This document shows, piece by piece, positions 50,350 to 63,896 of a stretch of DNA of 64,000 bases. The notes beneath the pieces were generated by a model, which was given only the letters and a program-made list of their open reading frames with translations, ran no database searches and had not been told where the DNA came from. Each line of letters begins with the position of its first letter. Within the stretch, counting starts at the first letter, position 1. The position numbers and the translations under genes were made by a program. The DNA lies in the NCBI RefSeq assembly GCF_016433145.1, contig NC_058135.1:277155697-277219696 (forward strand), given 5' to 3'. The stretch is from Gracilinanus agilis. Lineage: Eukaryota.

Positions 50350-50891
50350 GTTAGGGTAATTCATACCAATGCAGTATTGATGAGACAGGATTCTGTCCAT
50401 GAGTCTCTCACTGGGGTAAAGGGTATGGCCCTAGGTTTACAGGAGGGCCAATCCCATCCAAGGACCATGCAGACCAGTCTCTTAGTGCAGGGACAAAATT
50501 TAATAGATTGGGGTCTACAATTTATAGGGTAGATGAAGTAAGTAAAGAGATTAGGTAAGCTTCATACAGAAACAATAAGTAATTATTTATGAGATAAGGA
50601 TAGTGGAAGTGAACTACTTCAGTGATTCTTGACAGGAGTTTCTATAGGTAATAGATCAATATGTCAATGGGTGACTCCCTAGTTAAGTTTCTCATGGAGT
50701 TCTTGCACCAATGATTCCTGGCAGGATATTTGGTAACTTGGAGAGGAGAATAGATTGGGTTCATGCTAAATGGAAAGGGTGTCTAGCTCTTTCTAAGTTA
50801 AAGGCCACCCTGAGGTCTTGCATTCTGGGGTGCACTCTCACTACTGGGGGAAACAAGTATAAAATTCCTCTTTAGGTAAGCAGTTGGTCTT
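50350..50891. mobile_element. Probable LTR
   Basis: TGTTAGG...CTTCA bounds and LTR-like composition only. Confidence 0.35.
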
Positions 50892-52859
50892 CATGAGTGT
50901 GTATATATCTATATATCTATATATACACACATAATTCTGTTTTATTACATAATATAGTATATATAATTAAGTTTTATCATATATTATGTAATATATGTAT
51001 ATTACTTCAATCAATTGAGTGAATATTTCTAAGGTTGTTCTCATGAAACAAATACAATCTCTCATGTTCTCTGAGCTTGAAGTTTTTCCAACTTGGTACA
51101 AACTGCTAGATGTAATGAGCTATTATAGTCTTTGGAAATCCACAGTCACTGTCATGCCTCAGGGAGTCACCAGAGTGTGATTTTTCTGATCAAGAGAAGC
51201 TAATGAAAACCACTGGGGCTATAAGATACAATGAAATCTCTTGGCAGGGATGGGATTGGGTGGAGTATTTATCACACTGGATTTTATATTGAGTTTTTCA
51301 GCCCATTCAGTAAAAATAACTGTTCTGGAAACTACTAAAAAAATCTCTGTCCATTTTATCACTTTTCCTAATGTTTTTGGGGGCTGGAAAATTACTGAGA
51401 AGGGAACATCAGATTATGATATAATAATCTTGGACAACATGGATGGTTATGTATCCATACTTCTTTTTTGGTGATTATTTTCCATGGCCTCCTGTAAATC
51501 CTCCAGAGGGAATTTACTCAATGTATTGGAGGCTGGTTTCTAGGTCTTTTCCCTTACTGAGAATATCAGTAAAGAACATAGGCTGTTAATCTTTTATCAT
51601 TATCTCCTGAAAAACATCTGGACCAATTCCTTTCTCCATTGAATATTTCCAGGGAAATGCTTTATTATCCTCTTTTTGAGTGAATTAGTGATAGGGATAT
51701 TCCACAATTCAATTATACCTAATGCATCCATTGTCCTGGTCATCCCCAATTTTAATATCCTGGAGTTTGGGTGTTAAAATATTTTCTTATAAAATTATTT
51801 GTACTTTTAGTTTGTTTTTGGCAGGCATGTAGAGTGTTTGTGTGTGTCTGCGTGTGCACATGAATATGTGTGTATGTGTATGTGCATTTCTTAAATGTGA
51901 TATCTAAATTGAAAACAGTCCAATAACACATCCCCAAACCATCCAGGTTCCCTTTCTTTTCTTGGTATTTTGTACTTCACAGTAACTGGGGGAAAAGGAT
52001 TGTAAGATCTTTTGTTTGTCTCTCATTTTTCTGAGATGAACTGGGAAAAAATGGACAAAGGAGAAAATTAATCTAAGCTTACAATAAATTGACCATAATG
52101 ATTTATTTAAATTTTCTATACTTTAGTGTGGGAAATCTAAGAGAATGGATTATAAGAGACTCTCTCATCTTGGATATATTTAAGTTTGAAAGATTTGAGA
52201 AGCCTAAGCCAAAAGCCAAGAAATATTTGCATGTTTGTTTTCCTTTTTTTTTTTTTTCATTGCCTGGTAAGACATTTTTCTAAGTAAATTTGATTCAATC
52301 TGCTAGATTCCCCTTCATGACTGCCATGAATTTTAGTAGCATGATAGTTATTTGAAAAAGCACATTATAAACTTTAGTCATTTAGCCATCAAAATTTAGC
52401 ACTGAATACCTTTTCTATCACTCATTGCCCTGAAGATTAGTAAAAAAAATTGCCCAATATTTCAATAAGGTCATATATACATGAGCACAGATACATGATG
52501 AGTTTTAACCATTAATTGATTGTATGCCACGATGTTGTGTTATATTATGCTTTCTTTTTTGTTCCAATTTACAGTCTTCATTGCTGAAATTAACCTGATA
52601 ATAAATATGCAACACAAATATTAAAATATTCACAAAACAAGAGAATGATGGAAAGGTACTTGCTACTCTGATAAAGGAAATGCAATTCAGAATACATTAA
52701 TGAGAAGTTTCCTGGATATAGTGAGTTCCTGCAGTTTCTTTAGTTTGTGGGTGACACTAGGTAGGTTGCATCACATCCCAGAAATGTACATGAACTCCTG
52801 AAAGATATCTAAGAATCAGGTCTAACTACTCATGCAGAAAAGTCCAACTCAATTGAGAC

Positions 52860-53165
52860 AAACTTTTGCCCAAATTATGGCATCAAATTAAATGGACAAT
52901 GTATAGTGTTCATACATTGGAATGCATATCCAAGACAGACAGTGCAGATAAACAAAGAATCAGGCCAAAAGTTGAAAAAAGAATAGAATGGGTTGCTTTT
53001 AGTAAATTGCAAACTTTCTTCAGTGTCATCAAACTTCACCCATACACTCCCTAAAGACATATATTTTCAGTATCAGCATTCTATTGGTATTACTGTATGG
53101 CCTTGAGACATGGGACACAACTACCTCCAATGGACTCTGAAAATGATTATCACACAGAAACCATA
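52860..53165 (+). mobile_element. RTE-clade LINE fragment (post-RT region)
   Basis: Degenerate translation resembling RTE motifs (QTVQINKE...KRIE...AFSKL...LLYGLETW). Confidence 0.55.
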
Positions 53166-53444
53166 CTGTGAGCTTCACAGTATATGTAAAGAACTCCAAA
53201 GAACAACAAGGAGCTTAGACAGCAATTAGTTTATTTTTCCCATATCAATTTATCTCAACAATCTAAGTTTATGTCATGATATTCTGAAATAAATACATCT
53301 TTGTATCCATAATACCTAGCACAATAATCTTCATGTGAAAGAAGTTAATTTTTCATTGAATGCATGTATGCTTTACTAAATGGAGCTATTGTTATTTTGT
53401 GATAAGCTTATTTAGTGATGGTTGAATAACAACACATTTATATA

Positions 53445-54290
53445 GGCAGTCTTTCAATAAGCATTTGTTAAGCACCTGATGTATGCTAGTCATTGTGCTA
53501 AGTGCCAGAGATACAAAGAAATGCAAAATAAATAAATAAATAAAGCTCAGTCCTTGTGCTTGAGGAGCTCTCAATTTAATGGGAGAGATAAGCAGTCTAA
53601 TATAAATATAGGCAAGTTATATTCAGGAAAGTTGGGTATAATCAAAAGAAGGAAGGAAGTAGAATTAAAAGAGATTGGGAAAGGCTTGCTTTCCATAGAT
53701 CAAATAAATTCACCTAATACTTAAAGGAAATCAGGGAAACCAGGAGGTGAAGTTGAAGAAGGAGGACATTATAGGCATGGGACATAGCTACAGAAAATGC
53801 ATAGACACTAAATATTGACTATTTTATTCACAGGACAAGAAGGAGGCCACTATTGTGTATTGAAGAACTGTTAGGGAAGATGTAACCTGTAAGAAAACAG
53901 GAAATGTATTGGGGGAGAGGTTACATTATGAATGGTTTTTAACACCAAAGAAAGGATTTTATATTAGATATTAGAAATGATGTGGAACAACTGGAATTTA
54001 TTGGGTGGAAAAGAGTATTGTGATTAGACTTACATGGTAGGAAAATCCCTTTAGTGCCTGAATGGAAAACAGATTGGAGAAAGGTGAGATGAGACATTTG
54101 GACCTACAAGCAGAATATTGCAATTGTCCAAGTTTGAGGTGATGAGGTCCTGATCCAGGACGGTGTCAGTACTAGAGGAGACAAGGGGCCATATTGAAAA
54201 GATGTTGTAAAGGCAAAATCAACAGACCTTGGCAGCAAATGGGATATGGAATGTGGCAGTCAGATGTTGAGGATGATACCATTGTTATAA
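53445..54290 (-). mobile_element. L2 3' fragment
   Basis: caataagcatttgttaagcacctgatgtatgc...gaggagctc is the reversed L2 3' end. Confidence 0.75.
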
Positions 54291-54468
54291 GCTTAGAGAC
54301 TTTCCTTACAACAACCCTGGGAATACGCTGCAATTATTAATACCTCCAACTCACAGATGAAGACAATGTGGTGCTATAAGTTTAAAATGGTTTGCCTAAA
54401 AATCACATAGATACTAAATGTCCAAAGCAAGAATTGAATACTGATTTCATGACTAAAAGTCCATATTT

Positions 54469-55419
54469 CTATGAACTATGTGATGTTGAAGTACTCACTT
54501 TCCTTATAACTTTCTGCAAGGCACTTTTTACCTCCTTGTTCCTCAGGCTGTAGATGAGGGGGTTCAGCATGGGTATGACCACTGTGTAGAATACAGAAGC
54601 TATTTTATCAGTGTCCAAGGAATGGCTTGATTTGGGTTGAAGGTACATGAAGATGATTGTACCATAAAATATGGTAATGGACATCAAGTGGGAACTACAG
54701 GTAGAAAAGGCTTTCTGTCTCCCTGTAGCAGAATTGATCCTCAGGATAGAAATGAGGATAAACATATAGGAGATGAGGACAATGAGAAGGGAGAGAAGAG
54801 TGTTGAAACCAGCAATGACAAAAAGCATCATTTCTTTGACATGAGTGTCAGAACAGGCCAAGGCTACCAAAGGTACATCATCGCAGTAAAAGTGATTAAT
54901 TACATTAGAGGAACAGAAGGACAAATGGAACGTAACAGTGGTCTGTAGGATTCCAATAAATAAGCCATAAGCATATGTACTGGCAACCATTGGGATACAG
55001 GCTTTTTGAGACATAACAACTGTGTAGAGTAAAGGGTTACAGATGGCCACATACCGATCATAGGCCATGACTGAGAGAAGAAACATTTCACAAACTACAA
55101 AAGTGATAAAACATGCCACTTGGGTAGCACAGGCAAAGAAGGTTATCCTTTTAACCTCCTGCATAAAATTCACCAGCATATTTGGAGTGATGGAGGAAGT
55201 ATAACAGAAGTCAACAAAAGCCAGGTGACTGAGGAAAAAATACATGGGGGTATGAAGCTGAGGACTGATCTGTATTAAGACAATCAAACCAAGGTTTCCC
55301 ACAACACTGATCATATAGATGACTAGAAAAACCACTAAGAAGATAGCTTGAAGGTCTTTCCTGTCTGTGAGTCCCAGGAGAATGAACTCAGTCAGCACTG
55401 AATTATTGCTTGTGGCCAT
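54469..55419 (-). CDS. Olfactory receptor, class II, OR5AL1-like, 316 aa
   Basis: Intact OR motifs. [45 protein letters not shown] and QPKSSHSL match human OR5AL1 as I recall it. Confidence 0.95.
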   Translation of the reverse strand: MATSNNSVLTEFILLGLTDRKDLQAIFLVVFLVIYMISVVGNLGLIVLIQISPQLHTPMYFFLSHLAFVDFCYTSSITPNMLVNFMQEVKRITFFACATQVACFITFVVCEMFLLSVMAYDRYVAICNPLLYTVVMSQKACIPMVASTYAYGLFIGILQTTVTFHLSFCSSNVINHFYCDDVPLVALACSDTHVKEMMLFVIAGFNTLLSLLIVLISYMFILISILRINSATGRQKAFSTCSSHLMSITIFYGTIIFMYLQPKSSHSLDTDKIASVFYTVVIPMLNPLIYSLRNKEVKSALQKVIRKVSTSTSHSS

Positions 55420-56197
55420 AGAATGTGTGTTGAAGAGTGGCTTCCAAAACTCACCAGAACAAGATCCACCAAGTCATCTTGACTTTGGTTGTGAATAAAA
55501 AGATACTGGAAAGTGACTCCTGGCCCCAGTGATACTTCCTAAAGTCTAACAGTTACACTTGGAACTGTCTTCTTCTTTTGGCACACAAGGAAATGATGTC
55601 AGATGGAATTCTGAAAAAAAAAGGACACATACTCAGACCTCCTATTGAGGAAGAAATTAATTTGGTTCCTTTAAATGCATATTTATGTTTTCAGTCTAAT
55701 ATCCAGTCATTTAGTCAATTTAAAACTGCTCATAACATTGAAGGGAAGGAAGAAGTCGTACAAATTAGAGCTAGAAAGGGTTCAATAAATCATTTAATTC
55801 AAAGTTTTCATTTCTCAGGTGAGGAAACTGAGATTCATGGAGTAGATGTGCCCAAGATTATATAGGAGTAAGTGGCATATCCTACATTCAAAACCAAGTC
55901 TTCAGATTCCAAATCTAGTGACTATCATGTCACATAGTAGTCTAGGTTAAAAAAATAAGATTTTGATTTAAAAATATTCCTCAATTTGTAGAAAACAAAT
56001 AAATAGCAAAATATTAAGAAAAAGTATAATGCCCTAGTGTTAACAGTTAAAAAGTGATATTGTGGATCTCCGGAGCTGGAGTCAAAAAATCTAGTTCCAG
56101 TATTCCCTTTGCCATTTACTATTTTGGGGACACATAACAAACAGGCCACTTAACTTCGCTAAAACTCATTTTTCTTTTCTATAAAACAGAGGTTTAA

Positions 56198-56380
56198 GGG
56201 GGCAGCTGGGTAGCTCAGTGGATTGAGAGTCAGGCCTAGAGACGGGAGGTCCTAGGTTCAAATCTTGCCTCAGACACTTCCCAGTTGTGTGACCCTGGGC
56301 AGGTCACTTGACCCCCATTTCCCCCCTTACCACTCTTCTGCCTTGGAGCCAATACACAGAAGTTAAGGGTTTAAAAAAAA
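56198..56380 (+). mobile_element. SINE1_Mdo-like SINE
   Basis: Full head and A tail; approximate TSD aaaacaga..tttaa. Confidence 0.92.
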
Positions 56381-56887
56381 CAGATTTAATATTACCTGTT
56401 ACTACCCTCACAGGGTTTTCATAAAGATCAAATGATATCCTGGATGGAAAAGTGTTTTGCAAACTGTAAAATATTTGGCAAATGCAATATTTTTAAAAAT
56501 TCATATACATTCGTTCTCACAATATAGTAGTTTCCCCCATGACAAGGGATTGGGGCAGGTCTCAGGGAAGAAGGGGATCATAGGGTTAGCTCAATATAGC
56601 AATTATTAGTCTCTCTGCCTCTATGCAGAACCTTCAGAATTTGCTATCTAAGGTACTAAGCAGTAATATTAGAAAAGAAAAAAAAAGCAGGAAGATGATG
56701 GATAACTCCAAAACTACAAAAAAAATTCTGAGAAAACTAAAATATTTTCATTTGAATCCTTCATCTTTATAGAATAGTGTATCAATGATAAATTAATTAT
56801 TGTCATGATTTTTAATGTTAAATAATACTTTCCACTCAGCTGAGTCTTCCTTCTGCCCATTTTCTTTAAACACATTAAAGAAATGAT

Positions 56888-57138
56888 TCATTATGTCTAT
56901 CTCGAACAAAACCTCACAGAGTTGAACATACCTGAGGGGTCTGAGCCACTGTGAAATATCAATGGTTGCATTTGTGGGGAACCTGGTTGAATTTGAGTAC
57001 AATGTTGTGACTCCCTTGGGATCTTATGCCTGTGTTACATCATTTAAAAATGATTTCTCTGAAGAGACAATTATAACGATTTACCCAGAGGCAACAGAAA
57101 GAGATTTTTTAAAGTGATCCCTTTCTGAGATTTAATGA
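56888..57138 (-). promoter_or_regulatory. Candidate OR promoter: O/E site flanked by homeodomain sites
   Basis: TCCCTTGGGA at 57012-57021; TAATGA at 56888-56893 (-) and 57133-57138 (+); 1.5-1.7 kb upstream of the OR5AL1-like ATG. Motif match only. Confidence 0.35.
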
Positions 57139-58219
57139 GTAGGGAGTGTGGTGTGGCAGAAAGATTACTGATGTTGGAGTGAGATGACTTGGGCTCAAGT
57201 TCTGTCTCCAATAAATTCTAGTAAAACTAAGTAAGCTATCCACTAAGAGTCTTAATTTTTTTAATCTGTATAAAAGGACAACATTTGTGACATCTATCAC
57301 TCAAAATTGCTTCTGTTTATCTTATCATCCAAATAGACAGGATTTATGGTCATATAATTGGGAAACTGCAACCTATTTTATGAGGATCAAAAAGGTAATT
57401 CTCAGATTGACAGTATTGAGGACATTGTGAGTGGATCAATGGGACTTCATAGTACAGCATTTGGTGACATGAGGACATTTGTGTAGTCTGGAGAAAACAT
57501 CGATTTTTCCTTTTTTTTTAAATGACATTAAGGCAATAACAAAACAGACAGAGCTGTAAGAGTTTTCAGAACATATGCAGGCCAATAGCCTGGTTTTATA
57601 GATTAAGAAACTGAGGCCCGAGAGTAATTGTCAGAGGTGACAGTTAAACACAGGGCATGTGATCCCAGAGACAATATTCTTAATATCACGTTACAAATCC
57701 TAAAGCAACAAACAGGTTGCTGTTTTCATGGATAGTTTTGCAATCCCTTCTTATATTGTGTTTTTATAAACACTGGATTCAATAGGTCTGAAAATTTTTG
57801 AAGAAAGGTAAATATATATATATTGTGTGTGTGTGTGTGTAAAATGTATGTGATTATGACTTAGTCCTGGAAATCTTTTAGATCTCTTGAATTTAGCCTT
57901 TTTAATTGCAGAGAGCAATGGAGGTGAACAAATACCAAAAATATTCTGGACATTGAATTAAATTTTGGCGACCCGGTATTTTTTGGAGGCTTCTCCTGAA
58001 AATAACATAAGGTACTAATAATGTGTTCTTACCAAGAAACATTTTGCCTTGAGTTGAACTGAGCTTTATATCATTGAAGAGATTTAAGCAACGACCTTTT
58101 GGTATAGTGGTGGGGAGAGATGAGATGTCTAGCTGATTATTGCTGCTTGTTCTTGGGAGAATCAAAATTTCCCTCAGATTCCATTTCTCCTCTTCAAAAT
58201 GAGTAGGTGGATTAGAAGA

Positions 58220-58447
58220 GGAGTTCTTAACCATTTTGTTTCACAGACCCCTTTGGCCATCTGGTAAAACTTATAGACCCAAATTCAGAATAATATATAA
58301 CCAAAATGACATAGCATTACACAGAAAACTGATTGTGTTGAAATATAGCATTATATTATATGTAACATATTTAAACATATTTAACAAGTAAATATAAATA
58401 TTAAGGATCCTTTGAAAAATGTATCAATGGATTTTCGATCCCAGGTT
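58220..58447 (+). mobile_element. Ancient hAT-type non-autonomous DNA transposon fragment
   Basis: gaggagttcttaacc...gacccctttggc..tctggt start and gatcccaggtt end resemble CAGGGGTTCTTAACC-type TIRs. Confidence 0.55.
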
Positions 58448-59102
58448 TGTATTACCTGAATTAGATTATCTCTAAGGTTCTGTTCAATGTTCTCATTTTA
58501 TATTTTAAATTTTACAATTCCTCCAAATGTTCAGTATCTAAGTCCCATCACTCTACTTGTTTATAGTTGTGAAGCATTTGACTGGCTATTAAACCTTTAG
58601 AATTTCCCTCATGTATACCCTGAATTACCATGAAAGAAGTATTTTGTAAATTATGCAGAGCTCTAAGAATGTTAGCTCTTATTGTTTAAAAGTGACTGTC
58701 ACAATTAGAACAAAATTTGTAGCAATGCAAAAAAATATATAAAATTTTGATAATCTTAATTCCATTTAAAAGTAGTCTTTTTATATTAACATAAAAATTC
58801 CTTTGAAACCTTGGGATTTGGGGAAAGGAATACATCAAGACATTCTATAAGTACTTCAGAGATAATTGAAAGGACCATGTGCTACAATAGACATTTAGGT
58901 GCCATTTCACAAACCTCTTCTTCTGTTTGCCCATACTTCCTTCCACTGTAGATCCACTATTTCTTGAGAGAGTCTGGACTCCAGTAAAATAAATGATTAA
59001 ATAATGAGCCATCAGGATAGTTCTCTTTACAAAGTCCTGTCTTGGAGAAAGTTTTTTCAGCAGGAATGATGCTGTCATACAATGCCAAAATTTTAACTGT
59101 CT

Positions 59103-59251
59103 NNNNNNNNNNNNNNNNNNNNNNNNNNNNNNNNNNNNNNNNNNNNNNNNNNNNNNNNNNNNNNNNNNNNNNNNNNNNNNNNNNNNNNNNNNNNNNNNNN
59201 NNNNNNNNNNNNNNNNNNNNNNNNNNNNNNNNNNNNNNNNNNNNNNNNNNN
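59103..59251. other. Assembly gap
   Basis: Run of N. Confidence 1.
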
Positions 59252-59399
59252 TAATGAAGCTGTGCCATTCCCAAGTCCCTGGGTTCAGGAAAATTCTAGA
59301 ACCAGTACTTGATTATCTCTCTCCTAGCACCTGCAAGTCCTATGGAGACTATTGTAACAAAATGTAAAATCACAAGCTATTTTTTTTAGTTTCACTCAT

Positions 59400-60620
59400 T
59401 TCTTATAATTTTTTTCTTTTTTCTTTCTTTTAATCTTAGTAACATTTATTTTATTTTTAGAAAAAAAAATAAATTTTATGTAGTCAAAATTGTCTTCTTT
59501 ACACTTCACAATGCTCTCTATCTCTAGTTGACTCATAAATTCTTCTCCTATCCAAAAATCTGATTGGTAATATTTACCCTGTTCTTCTAATTTACTTATA
59601 TCTCTTTTTTATGTCTAGATCATATATCCATTTTGGTCTTATATTGGTAAGTGGTGTAAGATATTGGTCTCTACCTCGTTTCTGCCAAACTATTTTTTAG
59701 TTTGCCAACAATTTTTATCAAATAGTGATTTCTTATCCCCCAAACCTGGATCTATACTTTTGTCGAATAGAAGGTTACTACAATTTTTTACAACTATGTT
59801 ATGTTGGACCCTTTCCATTGATCTAACTGTCTATTTCTTACTGATAGTTTCATTAATTACCACTTTATAATAAAATTCAAAATCTGGTGCTACTAGACCT
59901 CCTTCCTTTATACTTTTCATTAATTTTCTTGCTATGCTTAATCTTTTGTTCTTCCAAATAATTTTATAATTTTTCTAAATCAAAAAATATATTTTTGTAA
60001 TTTTTGCAAGGGCATTGAAAAAGGAGATTAGTTTAGGTAAGATTGTCATTTTGATCATATTGGCACTACCTATACTTTTGCTGTGTAAAAAATTTTATCT
60101 AATTATGTTTGTGTAATTCCTGAATTTATTTTGGTTGATCAATTCCTAGGTGTTTTGTTCTATCTGTGGTTATTTTAAATGGAGTATTTCTTTGTGTCTC
60201 TTTTTGCAAAACTTTGTCAGTGATATATAAAAATGCTAATGCTATATATGGGTTTATTTTATATCTTGTTGTTTTGCTAAAACTATTCATAGTTTAATCA
60301 ACTCTTCAGTTGAATCTCTATGTCATCATGTCATCCACAAACGGAGAGGATTTTATTATCTCTTTGCTCATATTGATTCCTTCCACTTCTCTTATTGCCA
60401 TTATAAGCATTTCTAATACCATGTTAAAAAATAGTGGTGAAAATGGACATTGTTGTTTCACTCCTAATCTTATTGGGAAGGTTTCTAGCTTTTCTCCAGG
60501 ATAACATGTTTTTACAAAGCATAGATAATCAATCCAATTTAAACAAAGATCCCAGAAGACTTTAAGATTTTGTTCATCCATCAGCTCCATTATACTTCTT
60601 TTGAGACATTTTGTCAAGAA
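59400..60620 (-). mobile_element. Old L1 ORF2 fragment
   Basis: ORF 60318-60677 (-) gives ETFPIRLGVKQQCPFSPLFFNMVL...FVDDMM (RT motifs); T-rich left end. Confidence 0.8.
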
Positions 60621-61104
60621 CAAGAGCATGTCTGCACCATTCCCATCCCCTAAATCTGAGGTTGAGCATGAGGTCAAAATTACTTTAATGAAGACAAATT
60701 TAAGTCAATAGTCAGGTAAGGAAAGGGAGATTTGTATACATCTTCACCCTTTTATTTCCCCAGAATAAGCTCATAAATATTTCCAGGGCACCTAACTCCA
60801 TCCAGTACCTCAGTAGAGGGATGTGTCTATCCTTTCTTACTAATACTTTTATTTGTCAGTATTTTCCTTGATAAAGATGTTTTATTTTTCTACTTGTTGT
60901 GAACTCCCTGCTTCCTTTGTTGGGCTTTTGGCTTTCTGAATTGTCCTGAGTGGTTATCAAGACATGTGATAGGGGAGAGATTTTGGGCTAAATGATTTCC
61001 AAAATCCATTCTACGATTGTCTAATTTCTTTTCATTATATTGCATGAATCAATGTTCAAGATAAGAAGAAAAGAAGAAAACAGGAAAAATAACAGTTTCC
61101 TAAG

Positions 61105-62073
61105 TCAGTTTGTTAATTTTATCATAATAAGAACATGATTGCTATTGCTTAAGGCCCTCTTCAAAGCATCCTTCACCTCTTTGTTTCTCAAACTATAGAT
61201 CAAAGGATTTAACATGGGAATGATCACTGTATAGAAGACTGAAGCCATCTTATCCGTATCAAGAGAATGGTTTGAGCTAGGCTGTAAGTACATAAATATC
61301 AGGGTTCCATAGAAAATAGTAACAGCCACCATATGTGAGCCACAGGTAGAGAAGGCTTTACGCCTACCATCAGCTGATTGCATCTTTAGAATTGCAGAAA
61401 TAATATACATGTAGGAGACAAAGACAATCATAAGGGAAGAGATAAACATGATACCTGCACATGCAAAAATCCATATTTGTTTGGAGTGGGTGTCAGAGCA
61501 GGACAGCCTTAAGAGAGGCATGTCATCGCAGTAGAAATGGTTGATAATATTAGAACCACAGTAGGACAGGCGGAATGTAAGGATAACATGGAACAATGCA
61601 ACCAGAAAGCTGTAGCTATAAGGTACAGCTACAAGTTGAATGCAGATTTTAGGAGACATCAAAACCATATAAAGCAAAGGGTTGCAAATAGCCACATAGC
61701 GATCATAGGCCATAGAAGCTAGCAACAAGCATTCTGCTGTCATGAAGGCAAGAAAGCAACCCAGTTGGGCAGCACATGCATTGAAAGAAATAGTATTTTT
61801 CTCATACAAGAAATTGCCTAACATCTTGGGAGTAATAGAGGAAGAATAACAGAAATCAACAAAAGCAAGATGACTGAGGAAAAAATACATTGGAGTTTTT
61901 AGTCGCGAATCCATTCTGATGACAATGATGAGACCCAGATTGCCCACCACTGTGAACATATAGATGGACAAGAACACCACAAAGAGGGGCATCTTCAGCT
62001 CCAGCTTGTCAGTGATGCCCAAGAGAATGAATTCAGTCACCTGAGTAAAATTAATCTCAGCCATTTTTTCCAT
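61105..62073 (-). CDS. Olfactory receptor, class II, OR8U1/OR8U8/OR8U9-like, 322 aa (319 aa from the second ATG at 62064)
   Basis: Intact OR motifs. [35 protein letters not shown] and [17 protein letters not shown] match human OR8U1 as I recall it. Splice acceptor ccttcttccAG at 62082-62083 on -. Confidence 0.95.
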   Translation of the reverse strand: MEKMAEINFTQVTEFILLGITDKLELKMPLFVVFLSIYMFTVVGNLGLIIVIRMDSRLKTPMYFFLSHLAFVDFCYSSSITPKMLGNFLYEKNTISFNACAAQLGCFLAFMTAECLLLASMAYDRYVAICNPLLYMVLMSPKICIQLVAVPYSYSFLVALFHVILTFRLSYCGSNIINHFYCDDMPLLRLSCSDTHSKQIWIFACAGIMFISSLMIVFVSYMYIISAILKMQSADGRRKAFSTCGSHMVAVTIFYGTLIFMYLQPSSNHSLDTDKMASVFYTVIIPMLNPLIYSLRNKEVKDALKRALSNSNHVLIMIKLTN

Positions 62074-62699
62074 ATAGGAGCCTGGAAGAAGGAATGGATA
62101 AAATAACTTGAATTCTGGGTTTCCTCTTATCTAAATGCCATTCTTAATTATCCCCACCATCATCTTAGATAATAATTGTTCATAGTACAAAATCATTTTT
62201 TAAATTTAAAATGTTATCATTTTTTTGCCTTGGCAGAATACTAATATTATTATATCCAATTTACAATTAAGCAATGAGGTTTATGGATTTTGTGACTTTT
62301 CCAAGATTGTACACCTAACAAATGTCAACATAAATAGCTGAGAGTCTTGACCATGACCAGATTTACAGTTCTTTGATATGTAATGTTGTTACTCTCTGTG
62401 TATAAGGAATTGCTTTTGTTAATAGTTACTTTGTATAATTACTATTTTTGCCACTTATTTTCAAAGTCTCTCTCTCTGTCTCTCTCTGTCCCTCTCCATT
62501 TCTTTCTCTGTCTTACTCATTCTCTGACTCCCCTCTTTGTTTCTATAAATTATTTTAAGATCACTATTAAAAAGAGCTAAAATGAATTTTAGTAACCCCA
62601 ATAATATAAAAAAAGATTTAAAAGGACATTTAGAAATGGAGCTAAAGTGATAATGTTGATCTTTCTCATTAGGTTGCTTATCAGTCATTTCTTTTCCTC

Positions 62700-63430
62700 T
62701 TATGGTCCATTACCTATCAACTTTTGTCCCATGGATTCTATCTAAACTCTGTCTCTCACATTTTTTCGTTTTTCTTAATTGATGTGATTATCACTCTGAT
62801 TCATTTGCTTATCAATTTTTCCCTGAACTGTTACAATAGCCTTATAATTGGAATTACTTCTGCTAATGTCTTCACTCTCTTATCCCTCCTTTGCACAGCT
62901 TCCCAAATGATATTAGTAAAATATGGATCAGAATATGTCACTTTCCAAATGGAATATCATCAATGACTCCTCATTGTTTCCATGCTGAAATATAAAATCT
63001 TCACCATGGCATTTAAAGCCTTTACAATCAGGACCTTATCTCCATTCCCAATATAAGTTAATATTACTCCCCATCACGTATTTTTTCTATTGAGCAAACC
63101 TATTTGCTATTGCTATTAAACAGGATATATCTCCTTCCATTATGCTTACTTTTTTCTCACACCTTTACCTCTTGGAATACTTACCTTCAATCAAAATTGA
63201 AGTGCCAGTTCCTAAAAAAGACTTTTCTTTAATGTCTTCAGATTTTAAGCTCTTTTTTTATCTCCCAAATAGCATTGTATTTTCTTTCCGGGCATAAGAA
63301 TGTATTACTTGCCTACTCTTCTTCAGGTGTAGTATTAAGTACTTAGAATTAAAGACAAAGATGAGATACTCCTGCCATCAATAAGCTTATAATGTAGCTG
63401 GGGAAAGATATTGTATATAATAGCATATAT
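62700..63430 (+). mobile_element. L2 fragments
   Basis: caatgactcctcattg...ataaaatcttcaccatggcatttaaagcctt is an L2 3' motif. Confidence 0.55.
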
Positions 63431-63529
63431 AAAATATATAATGTAATTTTGATATTTGAGGGAAGCTCTAGCAGTAGGGAGAATTATAGGTTGTAGGAAC
63501 TGAGTATTTTTGAAACCCTTATATTCCAC

Positions 63530-63700
63530 CCAAGAATTAATACTGTGTATTGGTTCCAAGGCAGAAAAGAAGTAAGGGCTAAGCGGGTCTAATTGACATG
63601 CCCAGGTCACATAGCTAGAAAGTGTCTGAGATCAGATTTGAATCCAAGACCTCCTATCTCTAGGCCTGGATTTCAATCCACTGAGCCACCCAACTGCTCT
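63530..63700 (-). mobile_element. Older SINE1-like copy
   Basis: ggttccaaggcagaa...tgcccaggtcacatagctagaaagtgtctgag...ccactgagccacccaactgc. Confidence 0.85.
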
Positions 63701-63715
63701 CAGAAACTGAGTTTT

Positions 63716-63896
63716 TTTTTTAACCCTTGTACTTTGGTGTATTGTCTCATAGGTGGAAGATTGGTAAGGGTGGGCAATGGGGGTCAAGTGACTTGCCCAG
63801 GGTCACACAGCTGGGAAGTGGCTGAGGTCGGGTTTGAACCTAGGACCTCCTGTCTCTAGGCCTGACTCTCACTCCACTGAGCTACCCAGCTGCCCC
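63716..63896 (-). mobile_element. SINE1_Mdo-like SINE, young subfamily
   Basis: 15-bp TSD CAGAAACTGAGTTTT at 63701 and 63897; about 98% identical to 43561-43742. Confidence 0.95.

Noticed and set aside
51241-51474. ORF with TSD-x8-MDGYVSI, spaced like the OR TM3/MAYDRYVAI motif
   Set aside because: The flanking sequence is hydrophilic and shows no other OR motif in any frame I could read. Probably chance; 51100-51750 remains unclassified.
54637-55091. Short ORFs overlapping OR genes (also 15227-15665 and 61537-61722)
   Set aside because: Alternative-frame or antisense by-products of OR codon usage; no supporting signals.
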